Positions 54,983 through 63,475 of a stretch of 64,000 nt of DNA are shown one piece after another. Source of the DNA: a bacterium (GTDB lineage Bacteria > Bacillota > Clostridia > Christensenellales > Aristaeellaceae). Both the position numbers and the translations under genes were made by a program. The DNA lies in the NCBI GenBank assembly GCA_004563405.1, contig SFTH01000003.1, forward strand, positions 41,194 to 105,193. The letters run 5' to 3'. Numbering within the stretch: position 1 is the first letter of the stretch; the number at the start of each line of letters is the position of its first letter. A model generated the notes under the pieces. That model had not been told where the DNA came from. It was given only the letters and a program-made list of their open reading frames with translations, and did not search any database.

Positions 54983-56011
54983 TTGCCTCTGAAATGTCTG
55001 CTGGCCTCCATGGACGGCATGAGCAACGCGGCGTTTCGCAGCGTCTGCTTCGAATACGGCGCGGACGGCGCGACCACGGAGATGATTGGGGCAACGGGCT
55101 TTGCCCGTGCAAAGCGCAAGCGACGGCCCATCATGGACGCACTGGTGCTGCGAAGGCCCGAGGAGGGTCCTCTGGCGGCGCAGATCATCGGAAGCGATCC
55201 GCGCGTCATGGCCGCGGCCGCGGTGCGCCTGGAGGGGATGGAGCGCTTTGACGCCATCGAGATCAACATGGGCTGCCCGGCGCGGATTGTGGTGGGCAGC
55301 GGAAACGGCGCGGCGCTGTTGCAGCAGCCGGAGCGCGCGGGAGAAATCCTTTGCGCGGTGTGCGGAGCCGTCCGGCTACCGGTGCGGCTGAAACTGCGTC
55401 TGGGCTGGGACGAGGCGCACATCACCGCGCCGGAGATTGCCCGCATGGCTCAGGAGGCCGGCTGCCGGGAGATCATCCTCCACGGGCGCACGCGGAGTCA
55501 GCTCTATGGCGGCGGCGTGCTGCTCGGGGAGATGCGGCGGGTGCGCGCGGCGGTGGAGATTCCCCTGTACGCAAACGGCGCGGTGACCTGCGCCGGGGAC
55601 GCGGCCGCCTTTGCGCGCAGCGTCGGCGCGGACGGCGTGTGCATCGGCCGCGCGGCGCTCAAGGCTCCCTGGATCTTCGACGACATTCGCGCCCTCGGGC
55701 GCGGCGAGCGGCCGCCGGAGCGCAATGCGCCGGAGCGGGTGGCACTGCTGCTTCGCCTGGCGGAGCGCCTCTGCCAGCAAAAGCCGGAAAAATTTGCCAT
55801 CTGCGAGCTGCGCAAGTTTACGCTGTGGTATCTGGCGGGCTTCACCGGCGCGGAGGCGGTCGGCGAGGCCGTCAAGCGCGTGGAGACGCTAGAGGATTAT
55901 CGCAGGCTCCACGGAGAATATCTGGAGCGCCTGCTCCGGACAAACGATGTGCACATTCATCCCGAGCGTGTGCCGGAGGCCACGTTGGATACGGTGCGGC
56001 GCTCAGTCTGA
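54983..56011 (+). CDS. tRNA-dihydrouridine synthase
   Basis: MDGMSNAAFR, INMGCPA and HGRT motifs. TTG start with an AAAGGAG RBS. Confidence 0.85.
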   Translation: MPLKCLLASMDGMSNAAFRSVCFEYGADGATTEMIGATGFARAKRKRRPIMDALVLRRPEEGPLAAQIIGSDPRVMAAAAVRLEGMERFDAIEINMGCPARIVVGSGNGAALLQQPERAGEILCAVCGAVRLPVRLKLRLGWDEAHITAPEIARMAQEAGCREIILHGRTRSQLYGGGVLLGEMRRVRAAVEIPLYANGAVTCAGDAAAFARSVGADGVCIGRAALKAPWIFDDIRALGRGERPPERNAPERVALLLRLAERLCQQKPEKFAICELRKFTLWYLAGFTGAEAVGEAVKRVETLEDYRRLHGEYLERLLRTNDVHIHPERVPEATLDTVRRSV

Positions 56012-56263
56012 TTTGCTCTCGGGGGCGTCGCTGTCGTCGCCCTTTTCTTTCTGGGGCTTGCGCTTCTGTGCGCCGGCGCCGAAGAGGTCGGGAACGGTCT
56101 TTTCGTAGGCCTCGGGATCGTCGTAGTATACCTTTTTGCCGCTGTTCTGGCCGAAGAGGCGGGTGAGCGTGAGGCAGACGTAGAGTATGAGCATCACGAG
56201 CCCGATGACCGCGATGTACTGAATGGTCGGGGGGAGCCCCTGGAGCAGGGATTTGAGACCCAT
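56003..56263 (-). CDS. Small membrane protein (86 aa), hypothetical
   Basis: One TM segment (IQYIAVIGLVMLILYVCLTL) and a lysine-rich tail. AGGAGG RBS. The 3' end overlaps the dus gene by 9 nt (convergent). Confidence 0.5.
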   Translation of the reverse strand: MGLKSLLQGLPPTIQYIAVIGLVMLILYVCLTLTRLFGQNSGKKVYYDDPEAYEKTVPDLFGAGAQKRKPQKEKGDDSDAPESKSD

Positions 56264-56505
56264 AAATAACCTCCTGTGTCCGGAATAAAGTCCGCATTGT
56301 ATGCTTGTTTCTGTTGGAATGTCGGGCATGGCGGCCCGGCCGCCCCTGCGGGCATGGGTCAATTATACAACAAAAACGGAAAAATGTACAACTATTGCGG
56401 GGAATCCGCGCCTTTTTTTGCAGACAGACGCGGAAAAATGGTGTATAATGTACGTAAAGCCCGCGCGGCGGGCGAGGTGTACATCATATCAGGAGGTCAT
56501 ACAAC

Positions 56506-56949
56506 ATGCTTAAAGGAATTCCGAAGATTCTGCCCCCCGAGCTTCTGAAGGTGCTCTGCGAGATGGGCCACGGCGACGAGCTGACCATCGGAGACGGCAA
56601 CTTCCCCGGTCACACCAACGCGAAGGTTGAGATCCGCATGGACGGCCACAACGTGCCCGAGATTCTGGAGGCCATTCTCAAGGTGATGCCCCTGGATACC
56701 TATGTGGAGCATCCGGTGATGCTGATGGCGAAGGTTCCGGGCGACACCGTGGAGACGCCCATCTGGGACGTCTACAAGGACATCGTGTCGAAGTACGATT
56801 CCCGCGGCGCGGCCTGCTTCGGCGAGATCGAGCGCGGCGCGTTCTACGACCGCACCCGCGAGAAGTCCTGCGTGGTCATCATGTCCGGCGAATCTGCGCT
56901 GTATGCTAACATCATTCTGAAGAAGGGCGTCATTACGGACGCGGAATGA
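56506..56949 (+). CDS. fucU: L-fucose mutarotase / RbsD-FucU family
   Basis: PELLKVLCEMGHGDELTIGDGNFP closely follows the E. coli FucU N terminus. C-terminal YANIILKKGV. Confidence 0.85.
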   Translation: MLKGIPKILPPELLKVLCEMGHGDELTIGDGNFPGHTNAKVEIRMDGHNVPEILEAILKVMPLDTYVEHPVMLMAKVPGDTVETPIWDVYKDIVSKYDSRGAACFGEIERGAFYDRTREKSCVVIMSGESALYANIILKKGVITDAE

Positions 56950-57073
56950 GGAGACTGGAAAAAAAGGCGCGCCGTCCTTCCCATGAGGGAGGGACGGCGT
57001 GCCCTTTGCGCGTTTGCTTCTGCGCCTTCGGTTATTTTACGGTTCCGCGCCGCAGCGGAAATCCGCGCTTTTT

Positions 57074-57982
57074 TTATTCCTCCTCAGTGCCGACGGGGGC
57101 GATGTTGGCGAGGATGAAGTCGTGGAAGGCGCTCTGTATGGGAGAGAGGTATTTCTTCTTGGAGACGAAGTAGAGATGGTGGGGCATGGTCCCCTCCAGG
57201 GGGAAGGAGAGCAGGCGGCCCGAGGAGACGAATTCGCCCACGGCCACCTCCGAGAGCACGGAGATGCCGATGCCGTCGGCCACCAGCTGCTTGATGGTTT
57301 CGGTATCGTCGATGGCTGCGGCCACCTGAAGCTTCACGCCCGGAAGGTTCTGCTTCACCCACCGCAAAAACTCCTGCTGGAGTGCGGAGCTGCTGCTCCG
57401 GGTGATGACCCGCTCCGTGCCGAAGAGCTCGACGGGAAAGGGCTTGCCCTGAAGCTCGCGGAAGCGCTGCGTGTTGGGCGTAATGATCACGAGGCTGGCG
57501 GAATTGTAGCGGCGGACGCTGTAATCCGAGTCCATGATCTTCATGTTGCAGAACGCGAACTGGAAGCCGCCAGCCCGGAGCTTGCCCAGAATTTCTGAAT
57601 TGTAGCAGACGGTGATGTTGAAGCTCACGTCGGGGTGCTGCTTTTCAAATTCGGCGATGCGCTTTGCCAGATAGTAGCGGCTGGTGTAGGGCGTGGCGAC
57701 GATGTTGATGGTGTGCTCGTCCTGATCCGCCCGGCTGAGGGCGAACATGCTGTCGCGGTTGAGCTTGAGCATCTGGCGGGCGTAGGAATAGAAGGTGCGT
57801 CCATCCGCGCTCAGCTCCATGCTGCGCGTGGTGCGGTTGAGAAGGCGCGTGCCCAGCTCCGATTCCAGATTGCGTATGTGAATGGTCACCATGGACTGAG
57901 AGAGCTGCAAACGCGCAGCGGCGTTGGAAAAGCTTCCCTCATCCACAACGGCCACAAATGATTCAAGCTGTTTGAAATCCAT
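57074..57982 (-). CDS. LysR-family transcriptional regulator
   Basis: N-terminal HTH FSNAAARLQLSQSMVTIHIRNLESELG plus a substrate-binding domain of typical length. Confidence 0.9.
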   Translation of the reverse strand: MDFKQLESFVAVVDEGSFSNAAARLQLSQSMVTIHIRNLESELGTRLLNRTTRSMELSADGRTFYSYARQMLKLNRDSMFALSRADQDEHTINIVATPYTSRYYLAKRIAEFEKQHPDVSFNITVCYNSEILGKLRAGGFQFAFCNMKIMDSDYSVRRYNSASLVIITPNTQRFRELQGKPFPVELFGTERVITRSSSSALQQEFLRWVKQNLPGVKLQVAAAIDDTETIKQLVADGIGISVLSEVAVGEFVSSGRLLSFPLEGTMPHHLYFVSKKKYLSPIQSAFHDFILANIAPVGTEEE

Positions 57983-58255
57983 CGCTCCAACTCCCTTGTA
58001 GGATTATTGAAAATCTTAATCAATTATATATGAAATATGAAGTTTTGTCAATGCTGATGTGCGGGCAATCGAAGCGTCGGAGGGTGCGCCTCCGCCCGGC
58101 GTTTCGGGATGACTCCGCCTTCGGAGGCGCGAAAGCGGTTCGGAACGAAAGTGGGGCAAGCGAAGGCGGCGGGCCCGCTTCTGCCGGTCGACAGATTTCG
58201 ACCTTCCATTTTCCGCCCCTTTCTGCTATAATGCACATACATGGAGGTGGATTCA

Positions 58256-59032
58256 ATGGCGTCCAAAAAAGCAATGCTGCGGCGCAGGCGCAGGCGGCGC
58301 AGACGGATACTTGCGGCAGCGCTGACGCTCGCCGTCGTGGCGGCGGTGGCGGCGATCCTCCTGCTGCACGGGCCCGCGGCAGATGAAGCTGTGCCTGCGG
58401 CCTTTCCGGAGCCGACGCAGGCGGCGACCGCGGTTCCAACGCCCGAACCGACCCCGGAAGTCACGCCGGAGCCCACGCCCGAGCCCACACAGGAGGTGTA
58501 CATACCGATTCACCTGTATGCGCCGGACGGAAGCGGTACGCGGTACCGACTGACGGAATATGTGTGCAACTGGAGGAAGGGCAAGGATATCGACTGCTTT
58601 GAGGCGCTCGTCTCCGACGCGGAAACGCTGACGGGAAAGAACTTCCTCTCCATATGCAAGGAGGCCTGGATGACCCTGCCCGACCCCTATGTCATGCGCA
58701 TCGGCTATACCCTCCGCTACACCCTTTCGGATGGACAGACGGTGAATCTGGTGATCCGCTCGCCGGGCGACATCTCCCACACGGAGTATGTGGAGTGCTA
58801 TCTGTACGACGATGTGCACCAGAAGGGAGGGTTCTACACCCATCTGAGCGAGAGCCAGATGAACGAGAATACGCTGATCACCTCCATCAAGATCACCTGC
58901 GGCGATCGGATCGGACAGGTCGAGGAAATGTGGCTCGGCGCGTTCCTGTACGACTCTGAGGAGCGGTTTGACGAAACGGGCCGCTACATCGGGCCCTGGT
59001 ACAGCGAAATTCCCATCCGGCGCAAGGCCTGA
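58256..59032 (+). CDS. Hypothetical membrane-anchored protein with Pro/Thr/Glu linker
   Basis: Poly-Arg then a TM anchor, a PTPEPTPEVTPEPTPEP linker, and a globular domain with no recognised family. GGAGGTG RBS. Confidence 0.6.
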   Translation: MASKKAMLRRRRRRRRRILAAALTLAVVAAVAAILLLHGPAADEAVPAAFPEPTQAATAVPTPEPTPEVTPEPTPEPTQEVYIPIHLYAPDGSGTRYRLTEYVCNWRKGKDIDCFEALVSDAETLTGKNFLSICKEAWMTLPDPYVMRIGYTLRYTLSDGQTVNLVIRSPGDISHTEYVECYLYDDVHQKGGFYTHLSESQMNENTLITSIKITCGDRIGQVEEMWLGAFLYDSEERFDETGRYIGPWYSEIPIRRKA

Positions 59033-61578
59033 TCCGACGCCGGAGAACCGGGAATACAGGCGGACGCGGCAGCATGGATCTGAGCGTACGCCCATACAGA
59101 CAGGGGCTGTCTCCGAAGCGGCAAACAGAGCCGCACGGGGCAGCCCCCTTCATTTTGCTGCTCCGGGACTTTGCACTTCCGTCCGTCCGCAGACCTGTTA
59201 CACTGAGCCTGCGGGCCTTGCCGGGCGACTGCCTGCGCCGGCGAAAGCCGCGCCTGGGAATCCCCGCCGAACATGCGGTTGAGCAGGCCGCCCGGGGAGT
59301 AGGAGACGGAGGCGCTCTCCAGACCGGTGAGCAGGGAACCGCTCTCGTAGAGCAGGTGGTGGCGGGGGAGCACAGAGTAGGTGTAGGCGCGGTCGGTGCT
59401 GGCCTGGGTGTCCGACCAGACGATCACGTTGCCCGCGTCCGCCCGGAGCACGGCGGCGACCTCCGTGTCGCCGCCGCTCTTGCGCAGCACCAGATAATCC
59501 GCTGCACCGGAGCGGGAGGTGAAGGCCAAAGCGGGTGGATCGCCGCTCTCGGAGAGGAGCATCAGATCGTCCACCGGCTCCGGAGCGTTCCATAGTTCGG
59601 AGACGGCGGAGGGGGCCCTGTCCGGGGGAAACCATTCAACCTGCACGTATTCCTCCGGCGTGTTGGATGCGGCCAGGCGCACGACCTTTTCCTCGGAGAG
59701 GGCCGCGCGGTCGATCTTCAGCGGAACGAGGTTCTCCGGGGCGGCAAAGTCCCGCCCGCTCAGGGCGGAGGAGACGCGGGCGATGAGCGCCGCGCAGAGC
59801 CGGGCGGGGTAGCTGCTGCCGCCGGCGTAGTCCGGCAGGGCGTGGCGCGCGTCCGGCTCGTCGAAGCCCATCCACACCGCGACCGCGAGATCCGGCGTGC
59901 AGGCCACCGTCCAGATGTCCCGGTTGCCGCCGCCGGACTCGCCCACGGTGCCCGTCTTTCCCGCCACGGGAACGCCCGCTGTGGACAGGGCCTTTGCGCT
60001 GCCGGTGATGGCGGCGGTTTTGAGCATGTCTGTAACCAGAAAGGCGGTCTGGGGACTGACGGCTGCTTCGCTCGGCGCGGGCGCCTCGTAGAGCAGACGG
60101 CCCCGGTTGTCGGTGATGCGGCGGATGACGTGGGGCTCCACACGGGTTCCACCGTTGGCCAGGGCGCAGTAGGCCGCGCAGAGCCGCGCCGGGGATACGC
60201 CGTTGGTCATGGAGCCCAGGGAGAGGGAGAGGTTGACGTCCTGAGCGGCCAGAGGTATGCCGAACTTCGCCATGGCGTTGCGCACGCGCTGCATGCCGAT
60301 CAGATCCGCGAGATCCACCGTCGCCACGTTCAGCGAGCGGGAGAGGGCCTCCCGCAGCGTCACCGTGCCGTAATACTTGCCGCCCACGTTCCCGGGAAGA
60401 TACTTTCCGGGGAACTCCCGCTGCACGTCCTCGATCATGGAGCAGGGGAGAAAGCCCATGTCCTCGATGGCGGCGGCGTAGGTGGAGACGGGCTTGATGG
60501 CGGAGCCGGGCTGGCGCTGGGCCTGGGTGGCGCGGTTGAGTCCACGTCGCACGTCGTAGCTGCGGCCTCCGATCACGGCGGCAATCTCTCCGGTGGCGGG
60601 ATCCAGGGCGATGAGCGCTGCCTGAACGGGCGTGCCATCGGCGGCAGGGTCGGGAAAGTTTGCGCCGCTATCAAAGAGCGCCTCGGCGACCTGCTGGAAG
60701 TCCGTACGCAGGCCGGTGTAGATGTGCAGCCCCGCGGAGAGGATCTCCTCCGCCTCCAGGCCGAGGGCGGCTTCCGCCTCCAGCAGCACCTGATCCATGT
60801 ACCAGCCGTCCGCGCCCGCGTCCACGGCCTGGGCCTTCAGGCGCAGCGGCTCGGCGGCGGCGCTTTCGAGCGCTTCCGGGGCGATGAGGCCCTGCTCCGC
60901 CATGGCGGCGAGGATGTGGTCCCGGCGGGAGACGGCGTTCTCCGGATGCAGGTGGGGCGCGTACTTCGAGGGAGACTTGATGATGCCAGCCAGAAGCGCG
61001 CCCTCGGCGAGGGTGAGCTCCCCGGGGACCTTGCCAAAGTAAGCCTCGGCAGCCGCGCCGATGCCGTAGGCGCCGTTGCCAAAGTAGACGGTGTTCAGAT
61101 AGGCCTCCAGGATTTCCTCCTTGGAGAGCACCTTTTCCAGTTGACAGGCGAGCACGATCTCCTGCGCCTTGCGGGAGATCGTCTTGTCGCTGGTCAGGTG
61201 GGTGAGCTTGATGAGCTGTTGGGTGATGGTCGAGGCGCCCTGCTCGAAGCTCCGGGTCTTCAGATCGTGCCAGAGCGCGCCGAAGATGCGCTTGAGGTCG
61301 AAGCCGTGATGGCTGTAGAAGCGCTGGTCCTCGGCGGCGATGAAGGCATTGACGACATCCCCGGGCACGTCCTTCAATTCCACATAGCGGCGGTTGGCGG
61401 CGGCGTAGAGCGCGCCGGCACTCTGGCCGTTCGCGTCGAAGACCACGGTGCTCTCGGGCGTGGCGCGGATGCGGTTGAGATCCAGCCGCTGCCAGTTGGG
61501 CAGATCCAGCTGCCAGAGCGCGAGACCCAGCGCCGTCACCAGCAGCGCGACGAGGGCAATGACGATCCATTTGCGCAT
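58984..61578 (-). CDS. Class A penicillin-binding protein (glycosyltransferase plus transpeptidase)
   Basis: GT51 motifs EDQRFYSHHGFD and GASTITQQL. Transpeptidase motifs SAIK, SLN and KTGT. N-terminal TM segment. The last ~90 codons look non-coding (see findings). Confidence 0.88.
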   Translation of the reverse strand: MRKWIVIALVALLVTALGLALWQLDLPNWQRLDLNRIRATPESTVVFDANGQSAGALYAAANRRYVELKDVPGDVVNAFIAAEDQRFYSHHGFDLKRIFGALWHDLKTRSFEQGASTITQQLIKLTHLTSDKTISRKAQEIVLACQLEKVLSKEEILEAYLNTVYFGNGAYGIGAAAEAYFGKVPGELTLAEGALLAGIIKSPSKYAPHLHPENAVSRRDHILAAMAEQGLIAPEALESAAAEPLRLKAQAVDAGADGWYMDQVLLEAEAALGLEAEEILSAGLHIYTGLRTDFQQVAEALFDSGANFPDPAADGTPVQAALIALDPATGEIAAVIGGRSYDVRRGLNRATQAQRQPGSAIKPVSTYAAAIEDMGFLPCSMIEDVQREFPGKYLPGNVGGKYYGTVTLREALSRSLNVATVDLADLIGMQRVRNAMAKFGIPLAAQDVNLSLSLGSMTNGVSPARLCAAYCALANGGTRVEPHVIRRITDNRGRLLYEAPAPSEAAVSPQTAFLVTDMLKTAAITGSAKALSTAGVPVAGKTGTVGESGGGNRDIWTVACTPDLAVAVWMGFDEPDARHALPDYAGGSSYPARLCAALIARVSSALSGRDFAAPENLVPLKIDRAALSEEKVVRLAASNTPEEYVQVEWFPPDRAPSAVSELWNAPEPVDDLMLLSESGDPPALAFTSRSGAADYLVLRKSGGDTEVAAVLRADAGNVIVWSDTQASTDRAYTYSVLPRHHLLYESGSLLTGLESASVSYSPGGLLNRMFGGDSQARLSPAQAVARQGPQAQCNRSADGRKCKVPEQQNEGGCPVRLCLPLRRQPLSVWAYAQIHAAASACIPGSPASDQALRRMGISLYQGPM
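59103..59156 (+). terminator. Candidate terminator of the 58256-59032 gene, lying inside the PBP1A ORF tail
   Basis: GGGGCTG...CAGCCCC outer stem with an inner GCGGC/GCCGC stem, followed by CTTCATTTTG. Confidence 0.4.
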
Positions 61579-61704
61579 GAGAAAACCCGCCTTTCCACAG
61601 GATGCCCCTTAGCATTGCCGGAAAACGGTGGAATTAGACATCTTTTCCTGCGGCGAAAGGGTCGAACGAAACCGCCGGTTCGCCCAAAGCGGTGCTTTTT
61701 CGCG

Positions 61705-61733
61705 GCAGGATGCGACAGGCGGCGCGGTGAATA
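61705..61733 (+). promoter_or_regulatory. Candidate sigma-H-type promoter of the spoIIA operon with nearby 0A-like boxes
   Basis: GCAGGATGC ... GTGAATA, with 18 nt between AGGA and GAAT as in RNAGGAWWW-N11-12-RNNGAAT. Spo0A-box-like GGTCGAA at 61660-61666 and TGCGACA at 61711-61717. Confidence 0.35.
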
Positions 61734-61758
61734 CCCTACGATCGAGGGGGTGAAAGCC

Positions 61759-62064
61759 ATGTTGGACTATGAAAGGCGGCGGCAGACGCTGATCGTGCGC
61801 CTGACGGACGAGCTGGATCACCGGGCGGCCGGACAGATGCGCGAGGAGCTGGACGCGCTTTTGCGGGACGGCTCCATCCGGCGGCTGGTGCTGGATCTGA
61901 AGGATTTGCGCTTTATGGACAGCTCGGGCGTGGGCCTGATCATCGGGAGGTATAAGTTGATGGCGCGCCGGGGCGGCAGCGTCGCGGTGATGCACGCGGA
62001 CAGGCGCATGGACCGGATCTTTGAGATGGCGGGGCTGTACGAGCTGGTGGAGCGGATGGCCTGA
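61759..62064 (+). CDS. spoIIAA: Anti-sigma F factor antagonist SpoIIAA (STAS)
   Basis: LRFMDSSGVGLIIGRY, including the phosphorylatable Ser. 101 aa. Confidence 0.9.
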   Translation: MLDYERRRQTLIVRLTDELDHRAAGQMREELDALLRDGSIRRLVLDLKDLRFMDSSGVGLIIGRYKLMARRGGSVAVMHADRRMDRIFEMAGLYELVERMA

Positions 62065-62078
62065 AGGAGGGAGAGAGG

Positions 62079-62534
62079 ATGCGTATCATGAATGAAATCC
62101 GGCTGGATTTTCCGGCCCTGCCCGAGAATGAATCCCTCGCGCGAATGGTGGTCAGCGCGTTTCTGGTGCCGGTCAATCCGACGCTGGAGGAGCTGGCGGA
62201 TGTAAAGACCGCCGTGTCCGAGGCCGTGACCAACGCCATCGTGCACGGCTATGCCCGGAGCATGGGTACGGTGCGCCTGCACGCCGTCTACCGGGAGGAC
62301 GGGCTGCTCACGGTGGATGTGTCCGATCGGGGTTGCGGCATCGCAGATGTGGCCCGAGCCCGGGAGCCCTTCTACACCACGCTGGACGGTGAGGAGCGCA
62401 GCGGCATGGGCTTTACCGTGATGGAGAGCTTCATGGACGCGGTGGAGGTGGAGTCTGCGGTGGGCAAGGGCACCACCGTCCGGCTGAAGAAGCAGATGAA
62501 CCGGCGCGAGGCGCTCCTCGCGCGGCGGGCCTGA
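62079..62534 (+). CDS. spoIIAB: Anti-sigma F factor SpoIIAB (serine kinase)
   Basis: N-box EAVTNAIVHG, G1 box DRGCGI and G2 box GMGFTV. Confidence 0.92.
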   Translation: MRIMNEIRLDFPALPENESLARMVVSAFLVPVNPTLEELADVKTAVSEAVTNAIVHGYARSMGTVRLHAVYREDGLLTVDVSDRGCGIADVARAREPFYTTLDGEERSGMGFTVMESFMDAVEVESAVGKGTTVRLKKQMNRREALLARRA

Positions 62535-62611
62535 GCGGGGAAAACTACGAAGGCACGCTTGATAAACTCGCGCGCGCCCGCGCCGGAGACGCCCGGGCGC
62601 GGGAGGAACTG

Positions 62612-63262
62612 GTGGAAGAGAACCTGCCCCTGGTGCACTTTGTGCTGCGCCGCTTCCGGGATCGGGGCGCGGAGTACGAGGATCTGTTTCAGTACGGCTG
62701 CATGGGACTGTTGAAGGCCATCAACCGTTTCGATCCGTCCTACAACGCGCGCTTTTCCACCTACGCCGTGCCCATCATACTGGGCGAGGTGCGCAGGTAT
62801 CTCCGGGACGACGGCCCCGTGCACGTCTCCCGCACGATTCACGACAACGCGATCCGGGTGGAGCGCTTCCGGGAGGAATATGTAAAGGAGCGCGCCCGGG
62901 AGCCAACCGTGCAGGAAATCAGCGAGGGGACGGGGCTGGACGTGGAAAACGTGCTGCTGGCGCTGAACGCCCGCCAGAGGGTGCGCTCTCTGAGCGAGCC
63001 GGTGGGCGCGGAGGGCGGACTGCGGCTGATGGATGTGATCGGGGAGGAGAGCATGGCGGAGGTGGACGCGCGCCTGACGCTCAAAACGCTCCTGATGGAA
63101 CTTAGTCCCGAGGAGCGCACGCTCATTCTGCGCCGCTACTTTCAGGCCCACACCCAGACCGCCATCGCCCGGGACATGGGCGTCTCCCAGGTGCAGATCT
63201 CCCGCATGGAGGGGCGCATCCTCAAGCGCATGCGCGCCCGCGCGGAGGGACAGCCCGGCTAG
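62612..63262 (+). CDS. sigF: Sporulation sigma factor SigF. Coordinates run from the first canonical start; homology continues upstream to 62531.
   Basis: Region 2 (DLFQYGCMGLLKAINRFD, STYAVPIILGEVRRYLRDD) and region 4 HTH (TQTAIARDMGVSQVQISRMEGRILKRM). Follows spoIIAB. Confidence 0.88.
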   Translation: MEENLPLVHFVLRRFRDRGAEYEDLFQYGCMGLLKAINRFDPSYNARFSTYAVPIILGEVRRYLRDDGPVHVSRTIHDNAIRVERFREEYVKERAREPTVQEISEGTGLDVENVLLALNARQRVRSLSEPVGAEGGLRLMDVIGEESMAEVDARLTLKTLLMELSPEERTLILRRYFQAHTQTAIARDMGVSQVQISRMEGRILKRMRARAEGQPG

Positions 63263-63311
63263 GACGCGCAGGGGAGATGTGCGTCCGGCATGCTTTACGT
63301 CTTTTTGGGTT

Positions 63312-63335
63312 GCGGCGTTCATACGCCGCTTTTTT
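63312..63335 (+). terminator. Intrinsic terminator of the spoIIA operon
   Basis: GCGGCG-TTCATA-CGCCGC followed by TTTTTT. Confidence 0.7.
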
Positions 63336-63416
63336 CATATTTCCATTGGGATTGCGCCTTTGATTCCGTTCGGGTTTTGCGGATTTTTACGGCGTCGCTC
63401 TGTGAGATTTATACAC

Positions 63417-63446
63417 TTGACATGATTTTGTCATTCGTCGTATAAT
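63417..63446 (+). promoter_or_regulatory. Candidate sigma-A promoter (TTGACA-18-TATAAT)
   Basis: Consensus hexamers at 63417-63422 and 63441-63446, 30 nt upstream of the patB-like start. Confidence 0.6.
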
Positions 63447-63475
63447 AAAAGGAGTGGAAATACGGGAGGCGCACG

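Noticed and set aside
58262-58495. Poly-Arg codon run and PTPEPTPEVTPEPTPEP coding stretch, considered as a repeat element.
   Set aside because: It is a short, imperfect, ordinary signal-anchor plus Pro/Thr linker of an exported protein. There is no nucleotide-level tandem periodicity comparable to that at 28500-28679.
59842-62064. 740-aa plus-strand ORF that ends as SpoIIAA.
   Set aside because: Only the last 101 codons (from the ATG at 61759, which has an RBS) are SpoIIAA. The upstream part is the antisense shadow of PBP1A plus intergenic read-through.
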